A stretch of 64,000 nucleotides of DNA from an uncultured Pseudomonadota bacterium (GTDB lineage Bacteria; Pseudomonadota; Gammaproteobacteria; Ga0077536). A program made the position numbers and the translations under genes. The DNA is taken from positions 17,564 through 81,563 of the forward strand of contig CACDEI010000001.1 in NCBI GenBank assembly GCA_902551695.1, written 5' to 3'. This document shows positions 11,738 through 24,181 of the stretch, in pieces. The notes below the pieces were generated by a model. The model ran no database searches. It was not told the origin of the DNA and worked only from the letters and a program-made list of their open reading frames with translations. Within the stretch, counting starts at the first letter, position 1. Every line of letters starts with the position of its first letter.

Positions 11738-13837
11738 ATGTCAAGAAATACGCCTATCGAGCACTATCGAAACATTGGGATTATGGCCCATATAGACGCT
11801 GGAAAAACAACGACCACAGAGAGAATCCTATATTACACAGGCATATCCCACAAAATGGGAGAGGTTCACGATGGTGCAGCTACAATGGATTGGATGGAAC
11901 AGGAGCAGGAAAGAGGTATTACAATAACCTCAGCCGCTACTACCTGTTTTTGGGAGGGAATGGAAAAGCAATTTCCTTTGCATCGAATAAATATAATAGA
12001 TACCCCTGGACATGTAGATTTTACGATTGAAGTTGAGCGATCGCTAAGAGTTCTCGATGGAGCAGTTGCAGTTTTTTGTGCCGTTGGTGGTGTAGAACCA
12101 CAGTCGGAAACGGTATGGCGTCAAGCAGACAAGTATGAAGTCCCGAGATTGGCGTTTGTCAACAAAATGGATAGGTCGGGGGCAAATTTTCTTCGCGTTG
12201 TTGATCAAATTCGGGCTCGGTTGGGGGCTAACCCCTTACCATTACAATTGCCTATCGGCTCGGAGAATGCTTTTGAAGGTATTGTTGACCTTTTGAAGAT
12301 GAAAGCAATTTACTGGGATGAAAAAACCCTAGGCGCGCATTTTGAGGAACGCGAGATTCCCGATGAAATGGTCACCCAATGCACGGCAATGAGGGAGACG
12401 TTGATAGAAAACGCGGCGGAAGCTACCGAAGAGTTGACTGATAAATATCTGGAAGGCGCTGACTTGTCCGTTTCCGAGATCAAAGAAGGGATTAGGCAGA
12501 GAACTTTGGCAAATCAGCTCATACCTGTTTTTTGTGGTTCTGCCTTCAAAAACAAAGGTGTGCAAGCAATCTTAGATGGTGTGATTGATTTTTTACCTGC
12601 ACCTGATGACGTGAAGGTTGTACGGGAAGTTGTAGGTGAAGAAGAAGCCCCTCAAAAAGTAAGAAAATCTGATGACAAAGAGCCTTTTGCAGCATTAGCT
12701 TTCAAGATTGCGGTAGATCCGTTTGTAGGGAATATAGCTTTTTTCAGGGTTTACTCTGGCGTTGTGAGATCGGGCGACAGCGTTTACAATGCGAGAAAGA
12801 ATCGCAAGGAGAGATTTGGCCGGATATTGCAAATGCATGCTAATAGCCGGGAGGAAATCAAGGAAGTCCGAGCGGGTGATATCGCAGCAGCCGTAGGCCT
12901 TAAAGACGTCACAACCGGGGATACGCTTTGCGATCCCTTAAACCAAATTATCTTAGAAGCAATCACTTTTCCAGAGCCGGTTATCTCTGTAGCAGTTGAA
13001 CCCAAAACCACTGCTGATCAAGATAAAATGGGCGTCGCTCTCCAAAAGTTAGCCAACGAGGATCCGTCTTTTATAGTGACGTCGGATGAAGAATCAGCGC
13101 AAACTATAATTTCAGGGATGGGCGAATTACACCTGGAAATAATAGTAGACCGTCTGCGCAGAGAATTTGATGTAGAAGCGAATGTGGGTAAACCCCAGGT
13201 GGCTTACCGAGAGACCGTGACGGAGACTGTGGAAGATGTTGAAGCTAAGTTCATACGTCAAACTGGTGGCAAGGGTCAATATGGACATGTGGTGTTGGAT
13301 ATTGTTCCGGGAAAACGAGGCGAGGGTTTTTCTTTTGAAAACAAGATTGCTGGAGGGGTTATTCCTAAAGACTTTATTCCAGCAGTAAAAAAAGGTCTCG
13401 AGGAATCAATTGGAAATGGGGTGCTTGGGGGATACCAAGTTACGGACATCACTATAATACTCAAAGATGGATCTTACCATGATGTTGATTCGAGTGAGGT
13501 CGCTTTTAAGATTGCCGCGTCTATGGCTTTTAGAGACGGCACAGCTTCTGCTAAACCAGTTATTTTGGAGCCGATAATGACGGTTGAAATCGTAACCCCA
13601 GACGAATATCTAGGAGCAGTAAACGGCGATTTAAATAAAAGGCGCGGTATTTTGCGTGGAGCGAATGAAGCCCCTCATGGCGTTATAGTGCGCGCGAGTG
13701 TCCCACTTGCTGAAATGTTTGGTTATGCAACTATGCTGCGTTCAGCTACTCAAGGTAGGGCAACTTATACTATGGAATTTTCCAGTTATGAAAAGACTCC
13801 GGCAAATGTTTCTGAGTCGTTAAGTAAAAGATTTTGA
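11738..13837 (+). CDS. fusA: Elongation factor G
   Basis: 699 aa; [16 protein letters not shown]1 motif, DTPGHVDF. Confidence 0.98.
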   Translation: MSRNTPIEHYRNIGIMAHIDAGKTTTTERILYYTGISHKMGEVHDGAATMDWMEQEQERGITITSAATTCFWEGMEKQFPLHRINIIDTPGHVDFTIEVERSLRVLDGAVAVFCAVGGVEPQSETVWRQADKYEVPRLAFVNKMDRSGANFLRVVDQIRARLGANPLPLQLPIGSENAFEGIVDLLKMKAIYWDEKTLGAHFEEREIPDEMVTQCTAMRETLIENAAEATEELTDKYLEGADLSVSEIKEGIRQRTLANQLIPVFCGSAFKNKGVQAILDGVIDFLPAPDDVKVVREVVGEEEAPQKVRKSDDKEPFAALAFKIAVDPFVGNIAFFRVYSGVVRSGDSVYNARKNRKERFGRILQMHANSREEIKEVRAGDIAAAVGLKDVTTGDTLCDPLNQIILEAITFPEPVISVAVEPKTTADQDKMGVALQKLANEDPSFIVTSDEESAQTIISGMGELHLEIIVDRLRREFDVEANVGKPQVAYRETVTETVEDVEAKFIRQTGGKGQYGHVVLDIVPGKRGEGFSFENKIAGGVIPKDFIPAVKKGLEESIGNGVLGGYQVTDITIILKDGSYHDVDSSEVAFKIAASMAFRDGTASAKPVILEPIMTVEIVTPDEYLGAVNGDLNKRRGILRGANEAPHGVIVRASVPLAEMFGYATMLRSATQGRATYTMEFSSYEKTPANVSESLSKRF

Positions 13838-13882
13838 TTTTATTTTTGATGTAATTAATCAGGCAGTTAGGAGTATTGGGTC

Positions 13883-15073
13883 ATGTCGAAGGAAAAATTT
13901 GAACGGTCAAAGCCACACGTGAATGTTGGTACTATAGGTCACGTTGACCATGGCAAGACGACCTTGACGGCGGCACTAACGATTGTGTCTGCAAAATCTT
14001 ACGGTGGTGAAACCAAGGCTTATGATCAAATTGATAATGCGCCGGAAGAAAGAGAGCGAGGCATAACGATTGCAACTGCTCATGTCGAATATGAAAGTAA
14101 TGAACGACATTATGCGCATGTAGATTGTCCTGGGCACGCAGATTATGTGAAAAATATGATTACTGGTGCGGCGCAAATGGACGGTGCGATCTTGGTTTGT
14201 AGTGCTGCTGATGGCCCGATGCCTCAAACTAGAGAGCACATACTCCTAGCTCGTCAGGTTGGCGTACCAAAAATAGTTGTCTATTTGAATAAAGCCGATA
14301 TGGTTGATGATGCAGAGCTCATGGAGCTGGTTGAGATGGAAGTTCGGGAATTGCTTGATTTATATCAATTTCCTGGGGACGATACTCCGGTTATAGTTGG
14401 TAGTGCTTTGAAAGCTGTAGAAGGGGATGAGAGCGAGATTGGAACTCAGTCTATTGAGAAGTTAGTCGCTGCTATGGATGAATTTATACCAATACCTGAC
14501 CGCCCTGTTGATCAACCATTTCTGATGCCTATAGAAGATGTATTTTCCATTTCTGGTCGCGGTACTGTGGTAACTGGTCGTGTTGAGCGTGGAAAGGTGA
14601 TTGTGGGCGAAGAAATAGAGATCGTAGGGATACGTGAAACTCAAACAACAACATGCACGGGCGTAGAGATGTTCCGAAAGCTTTTGGATGAAGGTCAAGC
14701 TGGGGATAATGTTGGTGTGCTTTTGCGAGGAACAAAAAGGGAAGAAGTAGAAAGAGGACAGGTCTTGTGTAAGCCTGGGACGGTTAATCCACACACTCAT
14801 TTTGAGGCAGAGGTCTATATTTTATCGAAGGAGGAAGGTGGACGTCACACTCCTTTTTTCTCTAACTATAGGCCCCAATTCTATTTCCGGACTACAGACG
14901 TGACAGGAGCGGTTGAGTTACCAGAAGGTGTGGAAATGGTTATGCCAGGCGATAATGTCCAAATGACGGTAAAGTTGATTGCTCCAATCGCGATGGAAGA
15001 AGGGGTTCGATTTGCGATTAGAGAAGGTGGCCGGACTGTCGGTGCGGGTGTAGTTGCGAAAATTTTTGAATAA
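13883..15073 (+). CDS. tuf: Elongation factor Tu
   Basis: 396 aa; [29 protein letters not shown] motifs. Confidence 0.98.
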   Translation: MSKEKFERSKPHVNVGTIGHVDHGKTTLTAALTIVSAKSYGGETKAYDQIDNAPEERERGITIATAHVEYESNERHYAHVDCPGHADYVKNMITGAAQMDGAILVCSAADGPMPQTREHILLARQVGVPKIVVYLNKADMVDDAELMELVEMEVRELLDLYQFPGDDTPVIVGSALKAVEGDESEIGTQSIEKLVAAMDEFIPIPDRPVDQPFLMPIEDVFSISGRGTVVTGRVERGKVIVGEEIEIVGIRETQTTTCTGVEMFRKLLDEGQAGDNVGVLLRGTKREEVERGQVLCKPGTVNPHTHFEAEVYILSKEEGGRHTPFFSNYRPQFYFRTTDVTGAVELPEGVEMVMPGDNVQMTVKLIAPIAMEEGVRFAIREGGRTVGAGVVAKIFE

Positions 15074-15121
15074 ATCTTGTTAGTATTTGGTGTTAGGGAT
15101 TTCTAGAGAGAAAGTAATGTA

Positions 15122-15433
15122 ATGAGTGAAAACACGATAAGAATTAGACTGAAGGCTTTTGACCATGCCCTTATTGATCAATCAACTAAAGAGATAGTTG
15201 AAACGGCCAAACGTACAGGGGCTCAGATAAAAGGGCCTATCCCTTTGCCAACAAAAAAAGAGAGATTTACAGTATTGATTTCTCCACACGTTAATAAAGA
15301 TGCTCGAGATCAATACGAAATCAGGACCCACAAGCGGTTGCTAGATATTGTAAATCCAACCGATAAAACTGTTGACGCTCTAATGAAGCTGGATTTGGCT
15401 GCTGGAGTGGATGTTCAAATAAAACTGAATTAG
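15122..15433 (+). CDS. rpsJ: 30S ribosomal protein S10
   Basis: 103 aa; [10 protein letters not shown]...[19 protein letters not shown]. Confidence 0.97.
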   Translation: MSENTIRIRLKAFDHALIDQSTKEIVETAKRTGAQIKGPIPLPTKKERFTVLISPHVNKDARDQYEIRTHKRLLDIVNPTDKTVDALMKLDLAAGVDVQIKLN

Positions 15434-15468
15434 TAAATTACTACTACGGTATAAGAAAGGTATTAGTT

Positions 15469-16125
15469 ATGTCTCTAGGTCTGGTAGGCGTTAAGCGAGG
15501 AATGAGTCGAGTTTTTTCTGAAGATGGGAATTCTATTCCAGTGACAGTAATTGAAATCATTCCGAATTTTATTTCTCGAATTAAACGTCGGGATAGTGAT
15601 GGTTACGACGCAATTCAAGTTGCTTGGGGTAGTCAGTTGCCTGGTAGACTAAGTCAGGCCACTAAGGGAGAGTATAAGAAAGCGGGTTTGGAGGCAGGCA
15701 GAGGTTTTAAAGAGTTCAGGCTAGAAGAATCAGAATTTAATGGTTTGGAGCCAGGGAAGAAGATTGATTTGAATATATTTTCTGAAGGACAACTGCTTGA
15801 CGCTACCGGAGTATCAATAGGAAAGGGCTTCGCTGGTACCGTGAAACGCCATAATTTTAAGACACAAGACGCTACTCATGGTAACTCTTTATCTCATAGG
15901 GTCGCTGGCTCTATAGGACAATGCCAAACACCTGGCCGAGTATTTAAGGGCAAGAAGATGGCAGGCCAGATGGGTAATAAGAAGAGGACGGTACAGGGTT
16001 TGGAAGTAGTAAAAATAGACAACGATAATAGTCTTCTTCTACTCAAGGGATCAACGCCTGGTTCTAAGGGAGCTTCTCTTCTCTTACGTCATTCTGTTAA
16101 GGCTAAGGTAGAAGGGGGTTCATAA
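15469..16125 (+). CDS. rplC: 50S ribosomal protein L3
   Basis: 218 aa; [13 protein letters not shown]...[38 protein letters not shown]. Confidence 0.96.
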   Translation: MSLGLVGVKRGMSRVFSEDGNSIPVTVIEIIPNFISRIKRRDSDGYDAIQVAWGSQLPGRLSQATKGEYKKAGLEAGRGFKEFRLEESEFNGLEPGKKIDLNIFSEGQLLDATGVSIGKGFAGTVKRHNFKTQDATHGNSLSHRVAGSIGQCQTPGRVFKGKKMAGQMGNKKRTVQGLEVVKIDNDNSLLLLKGSTPGSKGASLLLRHSVKAKVEGGS

Positions 16126-16739
16126 TGACGACAACTATCGAGATTTCGGGGGGCGGTAATAAGTCCGTGGAACTCTCCGATGTAGTTTTTGGGTGTGACT
16201 ATAACGAGCCGCTTATCCATCAGGTCGTCACGGCATTTTTAGCTGGAGCAAGAGCTGGTTCGAAGGCGCAAAAGAATAGATCAGAGGTGAGAGGTGGAGG
16301 TGCGAAACCTTGGCGACAGAAAGGGACAGGAAGAGCGAGAGCCGGCACATCACGGGGGCCCATTTGGAGGGGGGGCGGTAGGACGTTTGCGGCCAAACCT
16401 AGGTCTTACGCACAAAAAGTTAATAGAAAAATGTACCGGGGAGCTATCCGAACTATTTTCTCGGAATTGCTACGATCGGGACGTCTTTTGTTGGTGGAAG
16501 ATTTTGTTACAGCGACTCCAAAAACTAAAGAGTTTAAACAAAAATTAACTGAGATAGGGGTGAATGATTGCCTAATTATAGGCAAGGAAGTTGATGAAAA
16601 TACACTCTTGGCGAGTAGAAATATTCCAAAAATTTGTGTAACCGACTGGGGTGCGATTGATCCAGTTCTTCTGCTCTCCTATAAAAAAGTAGTGTTGACT
16701 CAGTCTGCATTAGCCGAAGTAGAGGAGCAGCTTAAATGA
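16125..16739 (+). CDS. rplD: 50S ribosomal protein L4
   Basis: 204 aa; start overlaps the rplC stop; L4 family. Confidence 0.95.
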   Translation: MTTTIEISGGGNKSVELSDVVFGCDYNEPLIHQVVTAFLAGARAGSKAQKNRSEVRGGGAKPWRQKGTGRARAGTSRGPIWRGGGRTFAAKPRSYAQKVNRKMYRGAIRTIFSELLRSGRLLLVEDFVTATPKTKEFKQKLTEIGVNDCLIIGKEVDENTLLASRNIPKICVTDWGAIDPVLLLSYKKVVLTQSALAEVEEQLK

Positions 16740-17032
16740 ACGAAGAACGTTTGACGCAAATACTACTGGAGCCGAAAGTTTCTGAAAAAGCTACTCGGTT
16801 GGCTGATGAAAGCGATCAGTATGTATTTAGAGTGAGAGGGGATGCCTCGAAGCCCGAGATAAAAAGCGCTGTCGAACTTTTGTTTAAAGTAAAAGTGCGT
16901 TCGGTTACGACATCCATTGTGCGTGCAAAGCAGCGTACTTTTAGAGGGATGAGGGGAACGAAAAAGTCTTGGAAGAAAGCTTTCGTTCGTCTACAAGATG
17001 GCTTCGAGATAGACTTTTTGGCTTCCGAATAG
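16736..17032 (+). CDS. rplW: 50S ribosomal protein L23
   Basis: 98 aa; overlaps the rplD stop. Confidence 0.95.
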   Translation: MNEERLTQILLEPKVSEKATRLADESDQYVFRVRGDASKPEIKSAVELLFKVKVRSVTTSIVRAKQRTFRGMRGTKKSWKKAFVRLQDGFEIDFLASE

Positions 17033-17056
17033 GTAAAGAAATAAGGTGTTTATGTC

Positions 17057-17887
17057 ATGTCTTTAAGAAGAGCAAAGCCTACCTCTCCAGGGCGCAGGGG
17101 GGTAGTCTCAGTTGATAATGATCATTTGTACAAAGGTAAGCCTTTGAAGGGCCTTTTAGAGCATCAGTCGAGAAAATCCGGACGCAATAACCAAGGAAGG
17201 ATTACGGTCAGGCATAGAGGCGGCGGCCATAAACAAAGATATAGATTGATAGATTTCAAAAGAAATATGGATGGTATTCCGGCAAAAGTTGAAAGGATTG
17301 AATATGACCCGAATCGCACGGCCCATATAGCCCTAATCGTATACGCTAATGGACATAAGAGCTACATTATTGCTCCCAAGGGTGTAGAGGTGGGATCGAT
17401 CTTGAGCTCTGGTCCTAATGCTGCAATTCAGGCAGGCAATAGCATGCCTTTGAGGAATATCCCGGTAGGAAGCATCATTCATTGTATAGAGATGAAGCCG
17501 GGTAAAGGGGCGCAGATTGGCCGAAGCGCAGGAAGTGCCATTCAATATGTCGCTAAAGAATCTAATTATGCAACTCTACGTTTAAGGTCTGGAGAAATGA
17601 GGAAAGTCCCGATCGAGTGTAGAGCAACCTTAGGTGAGGTAGGTAATGGCGAGCATTCTCTTAAATCCTTCGGTAAAGCTGGTGCAAAGAGATGGTTAGG
17701 GATCCGTCCGACAGTTAGGGGTGTTGCTATGAACCCTGTGGATCATCCTCACGGCGGAGGAGAAGGCCGGTCATCTGGTGGTAGGCATCCTGTTAGCCCA
17801 TGGGGTGTTCCGACTAAAGGGCACAAGACGCGTAGTAATAAGCGAACAGATAGTTTAATTGTTAGGCGTCGAAGTAAAAAACGATAG
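17057..17887 (+). CDS. rplB: 50S ribosomal protein L2
   Basis: 276 aa; [14 protein letters not shown] motif. Confidence 0.97.
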   Translation: MSLRRAKPTSPGRRGVVSVDNDHLYKGKPLKGLLEHQSRKSGRNNQGRITVRHRGGGHKQRYRLIDFKRNMDGIPAKVERIEYDPNRTAHIALIVYANGHKSYIIAPKGVEVGSILSSGPNAAIQAGNSMPLRNIPVGSIIHCIEMKPGKGAQIGRSAGSAIQYVAKESNYATLRLRSGEMRKVPIECRATLGEVGNGEHSLKSFGKAGAKRWLGIRPTVRGVAMNPVDHPHGGGEGRSSGGRHPVSPWGVPTKGHKTRSNKRTDSLIVRRRSKKR

Positions 17888-17896
17888 GAGGTTATG

Positions 17897-18169
17897 ATGC
17901 CAAGATCTTTAAAGAAAGGACCGCATGTGGATCATCATCTTGCACAAAAAGTGGATGTTGCGAAAAAAAATAATGAGAAGAGGCCTATTAAGACTTGGTC
18001 CAGAAGATCTATGGTATCCCCCGCTATGGTTGGGTTAACAATTGCAGTGCATAACGGGAGGCAACATATTCCAGTTTTCATCACTGAAAATATGGTGGGC
18101 CATAAGCTAGGTGAGTTTTCTCCAACGCGCACCTTCAAAGGGCACGTTGCAGATAAAAAGACAAAATAG
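17897..18169 (+). CDS. rpsS: 30S ribosomal protein S19
   Basis: [12 protein letters not shown]...; the second ATG is preferred over the track start at 17894. Confidence 0.95.
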   Translation: MPRSLKKGPHVDHHLAQKVDVAKKNNEKRPIKTWSRRSMVSPAMVGLTIAVHNGRQHIPVFITENMVGHKLGEFSPTRTFKGHVADKKTK

Positions 18170-18177
18170 GTGCGGAT

Positions 18178-18516
18178 ATGGAAACGATAGCTAAATTAAG
18201 AAATGCCAAAATATCTGCTCAGAAGATGAGGCTGGTTGCTGACCAAGTTAGGGGATTGCCTGTTGAAGAAGCGGTCGATTTGCTTGCGTTCAGCGATAAA
18301 AAAGCAGCTACATTTGTAATTAAAGCTTTAAACTCTGCTATAGCAAATGCGGAGCATAATGGTAGTTTGGATATAGATGATTTGAAAATATCTCGGATTC
18401 AAGTAGACGAAGGGCGAACCATGAAAAGATGGAGGGCGAGGGCTCGCGGGAGAGCAGCTAAGATACTCAAAAGAAGTAGTCACTTAACGGTCGGTCTAGA
18501 CCAAATGGAGGTTTAA
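18178..18516 (+). CDS. rplV: 50S ribosomal protein L22
   Basis: 112 aa; [16 protein letters not shown]. Confidence 0.96.
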   Translation: METIAKLRNAKISAQKMRLVADQVRGLPVEEAVDLLAFSDKKAATFVIKALNSAIANAEHNGSLDIDDLKISRIQVDEGRTMKRWRARARGRAAKILKRSSHLTVGLDQMEV

Positions 18517-18522
18517 AAGGCA

Positions 18523-19212
18523 ATGGGTCAAAAAGTACATCCATACGGTTTTAGACTTGGGGTTGCAAAGGATTGGACCTCCACTTGGTATGTGGAAACA
18601 AAAGATTATGCTCAATACCTGAATATGGACCTTGCTGTCAGGAAATATTTGCGGGAAAAGCTTGGGCATGCTTCCGTGAGTCGAATTCAGATAGAAAGGC
18701 CAGCAAACAACGCCCGGATAATCATACATACTGCTCGGCCGGGTATAGTCATTGGTAAGAAGGGCGAAGATATTGAGCTGTTAAGAAAAAAAGTCTCCGA
18801 GATTATGGGGGTACCTGCCCACATAAATGTAGAGGAAATTCGTAAGCCAGAGTTAGATGCTTATTTAGTAGCTGAGTCGGTGGCTCAACAGTTGGAGAGA
18901 CGAATCATGTTCAGGCGAGCAATGAAAAGAGCGGTATCTAACGCTATGCGTCTCGGGAGCTTGGGGATTAAAATAAATGTTGCTGGAAGGCTTAACGGTG
19001 CGGAGATCGCCAGGTCGGAATGGTATCGAGAGGGGCGAGTGCCACTTCATACATTAAGGGCTGATATAGACTTCGGATTAGCAGAGGCCAATACGACGTA
19101 TGGAATTATAGGTGTAAAGGTATGGATTTTTAAGGGCAACGTGAACACTCAGGAAGTCGCTGAAGCGCAAGAAACAAAGAAAGCCGATTCTGGTTCCACT
19201 GGTTCCAAATAA
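18523..19212 (+). CDS. rpsC: 30S ribosomal protein S3
   Basis: 229 aa; [13 protein letters not shown]. Confidence 0.97.
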   Translation: MGQKVHPYGFRLGVAKDWTSTWYVETKDYAQYLNMDLAVRKYLREKLGHASVSRIQIERPANNARIIIHTARPGIVIGKKGEDIELLRKKVSEIMGVPAHINVEEIRKPELDAYLVAESVAQQLERRIMFRRAMKRAVSNAMRLGSLGIKINVAGRLNGAEIARSEWYREGRVPLHTLRADIDFGLAEANTTYGIIGVKVWIFKGNVNTQEVAEAQETKKADSGSTGSK

Positions 19213-19242
19213 TGCAAAGTATCTTAGTAAGGGATCTAGAAA

Positions 19243-19656
19243 ATGTTACAGCCAAAGAATACTAAATTTCGCAAACAGCAAAAAGGACGAAATCGCGGGC
19301 TCGCTCAAAGAGGAAGCCGCATATGCTTTGGTGAGTTTGGACTGAAATCCATCGATTCAGGAAGAATTACTGCCAGACAGATTGAAGCGGCTAGGAGAGC
19401 TATTACTAGGTACGTAAAAAGGGGTGCTAAAGTCTGGATAAGAGCGTTTCCAGATAAACCTATAACAAAGAAACCTCTAGAGGTAAGACAAGGCAAGGGT
19501 AAAGGTAATGTAGAGTATTGGGTTGCCCAAGTGAAGCCGGGAATGGTTCTATATGAGATGGAAGGAGTTTCTGAAGAAGTGGCACGAGAGGCGCTACGGC
19601 TTGCAGGGGCAAAACTATCTGTAAAAACTACGTTCGCTGCGAGGAATGTGATGTGA
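19243..19656 (+). CDS. rplP: 50S ribosomal protein L16
   Basis: 137 aa; [19 protein letters not shown]. Confidence 0.97.
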   Translation: MLQPKNTKFRKQQKGRNRGLAQRGSRICFGEFGLKSIDSGRITARQIEAARRAITRYVKRGAKVWIRAFPDKPITKKPLEVRQGKGKGNVEYWVAQVKPGMVLYEMEGVSEEVAREALRLAGAKLSVKTTFAARNVM

Positions 19657-19862
19657 GTAAAGCAAATGAACTGAGAGGTAAGTCCCTCGATGAGCTGTCT
19701 AGTAGATTAATAGAGCTCAGGAAAAAACAGTTTAGCCTCCGAATGCAGATGGGAAGCGGGCAGGGCGTAAGAGCTAGTGAAGTGCGAGAGACTAGGAAAA
19801 ATATAGCTCGTATCAAAACTGTAATGAAAGAGAACGAACAAGGAAAGAACACAAATGGTTGA
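19653..19862 (+). CDS. rpmC: 50S ribosomal protein L29
   Basis: 69 aa; GTG start overlapping the rplP stop (GTGA); [15 protein letters not shown]. Confidence 0.9.
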   Translation: MSKANELRGKSLDELSSRLIELRKKQFSLRMQMGSGQGVRASEVRETRKNIARIKTVMKENEQGKNTNG

Positions 19863-20118
19863 TAAGAAAAATGTCCGGACCTTGGTGGGTACTGTAGTGA
19901 GTAACAAAATGGATAGAACCATATCCGTTCTTGTTGAAAGAAAGGTTAAACATCCCTTGTATAGAAAATATGTTAAAAAATCCACCAAAATCATGGCTCA
20001 TGACACTGACAATCAGTGCACCGAGGGAGATTTAGTAACCATCGAAGAGTGCAAGCCAATCTCGAAGAATAAAAGTTGGCGTCTACAAGGAATAGTCAAC
20101 AAGGCAGCCCAGGTCTAA
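19855..20118 (+). CDS. rpsQ: 30S ribosomal protein S17
   Basis: 87 aa; overlaps the rpmC end by 8 nt. Confidence 0.94.
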   Translation: MVDKKNVRTLVGTVVSNKMDRTISVLVERKVKHPLYRKYVKKSTKIMAHDTDNQCTEGDLVTIEECKPISKNKSWRLQGIVNKAAQV

Positions 20119-20133
20119 AGCGGAGTTAAGTTT

Positions 20134-20502
20134 ATGATTCAGATGCAAAGCATGTTGCAAGCGGCCGATAATAGTGGGGCGCGGCGAATGATGTGTATAA
20201 AAGTATTAGGCGGCTCTAAAAGGCGATACGCTGGTATAGGTGACGTTATAAAGGTAACCATAAAAGAAGCGATACCGCGCGGTAAAGTGAAAAAGGGTGA
20301 CGTTTTTGATGCTGTGGTTGTTCGTACTAAGAAAGGTGTGAGGAGATCGGATGGCTCACTCATCAGGTTTGATGGTAATGCTGCAGTGTTGTTGGACAAG
20401 CAATTAAATCCTGTGGGGACGAGGATTTTCGGGCCGGTTACACGGGAGTTGAGGACTGAGAAGTTTATGAGAATAGTTTCCCTAGCTCCTGAGGTTCTTT
20501 AA
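20134..20502 (+). CDS. rplN: 50S ribosomal protein L14
   Basis: 122 aa; [17 protein letters not shown]. Confidence 0.97.
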   Translation: MIQMQSMLQAADNSGARRMMCIKVLGGSKRRYAGIGDVIKVTIKEAIPRGKVKKGDVFDAVVVRTKKGVRRSDGSLIRFDGNAAVLLDKQLNPVGTRIFGPVTRELRTEKFMRIVSLAPEVL

Positions 20503-20513
20503 AAGGTTTTACT

Positions 20514-20831
20514 ATGAAAAAGATTAGGAAAGGTGATGAAGTCCAAATTTTAACAGGACGAGATAAGGGGAAGCGCGGTTCGGTTATTCGTGTTTTCTCT
20601 GACAATAAGATCATGGTAGAAGGCATCAATCTGGTTAAGCGTCACACAAAGGCCGATCCACAAGCGGGAACCGCGGGTGGAATAGTTGAGAAGGAAGCTC
20701 CGATTTTTGTCTCTAAAGTGGCTTTGTTTAATCCAGATAGTCAGAAGGCTGATAGAGTTGGTTTCCGTACTCTTGAAGACGGTAAAAAAGTTCGTTTCTT
20801 TAAATCAAACAATGAAGTCGTAGATAGCTAA
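20514..20831 (+). CDS. rplX: 50S ribosomal protein L24
   Basis: 105 aa; [20 protein letters not shown]. Confidence 0.96.
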   Translation: MKKIRKGDEVQILTGRDKGKRGSVIRVFSDNKIMVEGINLVKRHTKADPQAGTAGGIVEKEAPIFVSKVALFNPDSQKADRVGFRTLEDGKKVRFFKSNNEVVDS

Positions 20832-20843
20832 GGGTCGATAGAA

Positions 20844-21383
20844 ATGTCCAGATTAGAGCAGCATTATAAAGACAATGTTATAGGGTCGCTTTCCGAAAGA
20901 TTTAAATTTAAAAGCGCAATGGAAATACCAAGAATAAAAAAGATAACGCTCAATGTTGGTTTGGGAGAAGCTGTGGGCGATAAAAAAGTGGTGGAAAAGG
21001 CTGTAGGTGATTTGGCCTTGATTTCAGGCCAGAGACCTGTAGTGAATTTAGCGCGAAAGTCGATCGCGGGCTTTAAGATCAGAGATGGCTGGCCTATTGG
21101 AGTTAAGGTAACACTGAGAAGAAAAAAGATGTACGAATTTCTAGATCGCTTAGTTAATATCGCTATACCCAGGATAAGGGACTTTAGGGGGCTAAATGCC
21201 AGATCCTTCGATGGAAGTGGGAATTATTCCATGGGTGTAAAAGAGCAGATTATTTTCCCAGAAATAGATTATGACAAAATTGATGCTATTCGTGGCATGG
21301 ATATTTGTATTACGACTAGCGCTAAAAACGATGAAGAATGTAGAGCGCTCTTGGAAGGATTTAAATTTCCGTTAAGGGATTAG
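20844..21383 (+). CDS. rplE: 50S ribosomal protein L5
   Basis: 179 aa. Confidence 0.96.
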   Translation: MSRLEQHYKDNVIGSLSERFKFKSAMEIPRIKKITLNVGLGEAVGDKKVVEKAVGDLALISGQRPVVNLARKSIAGFKIRDGWPIGVKVTLRRKKMYEFLDRLVNIAIPRIRDFRGLNARSFDGSGNYSMGVKEQIIFPEIDYDKIDAIRGMDICITTSAKNDEECRALLEGFKFPLRD

Positions 21384-21399
21384 GAGGACTATACCAGCA

Positions 21400-21705
21400 A
21401 TGGCTAAAGCATCGATGATAAATAGAGACCGAAAGCGTGTTCGACTCGTTCAAAAATATCAGAAGAAAAGGGATGAGCTGAAGTCTATCATCGTCGGGGC
21501 TGATTTTTCTTACGATGAGAAAGAGGACGCTAGGGTTAAGTTACAGAAGTTACCAAGAGACTCAAGCAAATCGAGAATAAGAAATAGGTGTAGCCTAACT
21601 GGCAGGCCTCATGGTTACTATAGAAAATTCGGCTTATCTCGAAATGAGCTGAGACGACTAGCCATGGAAGGACATATACCGGGCCTAGTGAAAGCTAGCT
21701 GGTAG
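21400..21705 (+). CDS. rpsN: 30S ribosomal protein S14
   Basis: 101 aa. Confidence 0.95.
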   Translation: MAKASMINRDRKRVRLVQKYQKKRDELKSIIVGADFSYDEKEDARVKLQKLPRDSSKSRIRNRCSLTGRPHGYYRKFGLSRNELRRLAMEGHIPGLVKASW

Positions 21706-21730
21706 GACGAAAAAGAGGAAGACGATAATT

Positions 21731-22126
21731 ATGAGTATGCAAGATCCACTGGCTGATATGTTTACAAGAATAAGGAATGCCCAAGCTCGTGCTAAAAGTA
21801 GTGTTTCGATGGCATCATCGAGGAAGAAGGTTGCTGTTGCCGAGGTCTTAAAAAACGAGGGTTTTATTTCAGGCTATGAAATAGACTCTCAAGATTCCAA
21901 GGAACAGTTGGTAGTTCAGCTCAAATATTATGAAGGCAACGCGGTAATTGAATCGATACAAAGAGTTAGTAAACCAGGATTGAGAATTTATCGTTCAAAA
22001 GATGCGCTTCCGGAGGTGATTGGAGGCTTAGGCATAGCTATAATTTCTACCTCCCAGGGCCTAATGACAGACAGGGAAGCGAGGGCAAAAGGGGTAGGTG
22101 GAGAAGTAGTTTGTGCAGTTTATTAG
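21731..22126 (+). CDS. rpsH: 30S ribosomal protein S8
   Basis: 131 aa; [17 protein letters not shown]. Confidence 0.97.
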   Translation: MSMQDPLADMFTRIRNAQARAKSSVSMASSRKKVAVAEVLKNEGFISGYEIDSQDSKEQLVVQLKYYEGNAVIESIQRVSKPGLRIYRSKDALPEVIGGLGIAIISTSQGLMTDREARAKGVGGEVVCAVY

Positions 22127-22139
22127 AGGGTGATCTCAT

Positions 22140-22673
22140 ATGTCTCGGATAGCGAAAGAACCAGTTGCACTGCCTAGTGACGTTAAGGCCGAATTTAAGG
22201 AGGGGCAGCTGCTCGTGTCTGGACCAAAAGGCTCTTTGAACTTGTCAATCCCTGAGAATATTGGCGTGGAGGTGGACAAAGATGCCATCAAGGTTCGGAG
22301 AAATGAGGAGAATAAAAAATGCAAGGCTCTTAGTGGGACTATCAGGGCCTTAGTGCAAAATCTTGTTACGGGCGTTCACTCTGGTTTTGAGTATAAACTT
22401 GAGATTGTAGGGGTAGGTTATAGAGCGCAGGTTCAGGGAAAAAAACTCAATTTATCACTGGGATTTTCTCACCCAGTGGAATTTGCTATTCCCGAGGGTG
22501 TTGCCATTGAAACCCCCAGCCAAACTGAGATTGTTATACAGGGTGTAGATAAACAAGTCGTAGGGCAAGTAGCTGCAGATATAAGGTCATTTCGACCTCC
22601 TGAGCCTTACAAAGGAAAGGGTGTACGCTACGCTGGGGAGCAAATCGTCAAAAAGGAAGCTAAAAAGGCATAA
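22140..22673 (+). CDS. rplF: 50S ribosomal protein L6
   Basis: 177 aa; MSRIAKEPV. Confidence 0.96.
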   Translation: MSRIAKEPVALPSDVKAEFKEGQLLVSGPKGSLNLSIPENIGVEVDKDAIKVRRNEENKKCKALSGTIRALVQNLVTGVHSGFEYKLEIVGVGYRAQVQGKKLNLSLGFSHPVEFAIPEGVAIETPSQTEIVIQGVDKQVVGQVAADIRSFRPPEPYKGKGVRYAGEQIVKKEAKKA

Positions 22674-22675
22674 AG

Positions 22676-23032
22676 GTGGATAAGAAAAAAGCATCGCGCA
22701 TGAAAAGAGCGCTAAAAACCCGAATGAATATTCTAAACAAAAGAACAGCGAGGCTAAGTATATATCGCAGTCCTCGTCATATTTATGCGCAGATAATCAG
22801 CGAAGGCGGAGATAAAACATTGGCTGCTGCTTCCACTTTAGACGACCTTTTCCAGGGTTCAAGCGAGCATAGGGGTAATGTTAATGCAGCTGCAAAAGTT
22901 GGTAAATTAATAGCCGAAAGGGCTATCGATGCAGGGGTTAAACAAGTAGCTTTTGATCGGTCTGGCTACAGGTATCATGGGCGTGTGAAAGCTTTAGCCG
23001 AAGCTGCGCGCAGTGCTGGATTGGTCTTTTAA
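22676..23032 (+). CDS. rplR: 50S ribosomal protein L18
   Basis: 118 aa; GTG start; ...[23 protein letters not shown]. Confidence 0.95.
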   Translation: MDKKKASRMKRALKTRMNILNKRTARLSIYRSPRHIYAQIISEGGDKTLAAASTLDDLFQGSSEHRGNVNAAAKVGKLIAERAIDAGVKQVAFDRSGYRYHGRVKALAEAARSAGLVF

Positions 23033-23043
23033 AGGAGTCGAAG

Positions 23044-23547
23044 ATGGCTAACTTAAATATTCCTGAAGGGAATGAAGGTCTTTTAGAGAAGCTTATTGCT
23101 GTTAACAGAGTTGCTAAGGTTGTCAAAGGTGGTCGAATTTTTGGATTTTCTGCGCTAACGGTGGTGGGCGATGGCCAGGGGAGGATAGGATTTGGCAGAG
23201 GTAAGGCCAGAGAAGTTCCTGTCGCGATACAGAAGGCTATGGAAAATGCGCGTAAAAATATGACCGCTGTCTCGCTAGATGGTGGAACATTACAATACTC
23301 ACTTATCGGGGAGCATGGGGCTGCGAGGGTCTATATGCAGCCAGCTTCTGCTGGTACGGGTATTATCGCGGGAGGTGCTATGCGCGCAGTCTTCGAAGTG
23401 GTAGGCGTCACCGATGTATTGGCGAAGTGCATTGGGACGACTAATCCCGTTAATGTAGTTAGAGCCACTGTTAATGGACTGAAAATGATGATCTCACCAG
23501 AAGATGCGGCGGCTAAAAGAGGCAAACCAGTGGAATCAATAAGGTAA
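23044..23547 (+). CDS. rpsE: 30S ribosomal protein S5
   Basis: 167 aa; [15 protein letters not shown]. Confidence 0.97.
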   Translation: MANLNIPEGNEGLLEKLIAVNRVAKVVKGGRIFGFSALTVVGDGQGRIGFGRGKAREVPVAIQKAMENARKNMTAVSLDGGTLQYSLIGEHGAARVYMQPASAGTGIIAGGAMRAVFEVVGVTDVLAKCIGTTNPVNVVRATVNGLKMMISPEDAAAKRGKPVESIR

Positions 23548-23560
23548 GAGGGTGGCAACG

Positions 23561-23749
23561 ATGGCCAAAAACCTAAGTGTGAAACTCGTAAAAAGTCTTA
23601 ACGGAAGGCTCAAAAACCATAAGTTGTGCGCTCATGGTTTAGGACTGAGAAAAATCGGACAAACGAGGTCTATATTGGACACCCTTGAAAATAGAGGAAT
23701 GATTAACAAGATTTCCTATTTGTTAGAGGTGAGAGAGGAAGAGACATGA
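23561..23749 (+). CDS. rpmD: 50S ribosomal protein L30
   Basis: ATG at 23561 ([12 protein letters not shown]...) is preceded by an AAGAGGGTGG Shine-Dalgarno; the track start at 23552 is a GTG with no RBS. Confidence 0.88.
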   Translation: MAKNLSVKLVKSLNGRLKNHKLCAHGLGLRKIGQTRSILDTLENRGMINKISYLLEVREEET

Positions 23750-24180
23750 AACTAAATCATTTGCGTCCTGCTGCTGGTTCAACTAAAGGCAGTAAGCGCC
23801 GAGGTAGAGGCGGTGGTTCCGGTCTGGGAAAAACCTGTGGCCGAGGCCATAAGGGGCAGAAATCGAGGTCTGGCGGGTACCACAAAAGCGGATTCGAAGG
23901 CGGCCAGATGCCCCTGCAGAGACGCTTACCAAAATTTGGTTTTACGTCTAGACAAAGCAAGTATACTGATGAAATTAGATTGGAGGAGATCAAAAACTTA
24001 AACTCCGACAGCGTTAATTTAGAGGTTCTGAGAGAAGCTGGCTTGATCTCTAAGAAAACAAAAAGAGTCAGGCTCATAGGGGGCGGTAACCTTGATAAAG
24101 TTATTTCGGTAAACGGGCTTCATGTCACTAAAGGTGCTCGGGAGACTATCGAGTCCTTAGGTGGAACTGTCGGGGATTGA
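23746..24180 (+). CDS. rplO: 50S ribosomal protein L15
   Basis: 144 aa; Gly/Arg-rich N-terminus. Confidence 0.96.
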   Translation: MKLNHLRPAAGSTKGSKRRGRGGGSGLGKTCGRGHKGQKSRSGGYHKSGFEGGQMPLQRRLPKFGFTSRQSKYTDEIRLEEIKNLNSDSVNLEVLREAGLISKKTKRVRLIGGGNLDKVISVNGLHVTKGARETIESLGGTVGD

Positions 24181-24181
24181 T

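Noticed and set aside
24161-24181. secY start at 24161 (ORF-track start) and rpmD start at 23552
   Set aside because: Both upstream starts lack an RBS and add residues not present in homologues. The ATG at 24182 and the ATG at 23561 (with Shine-Dalgarno) were preferred.
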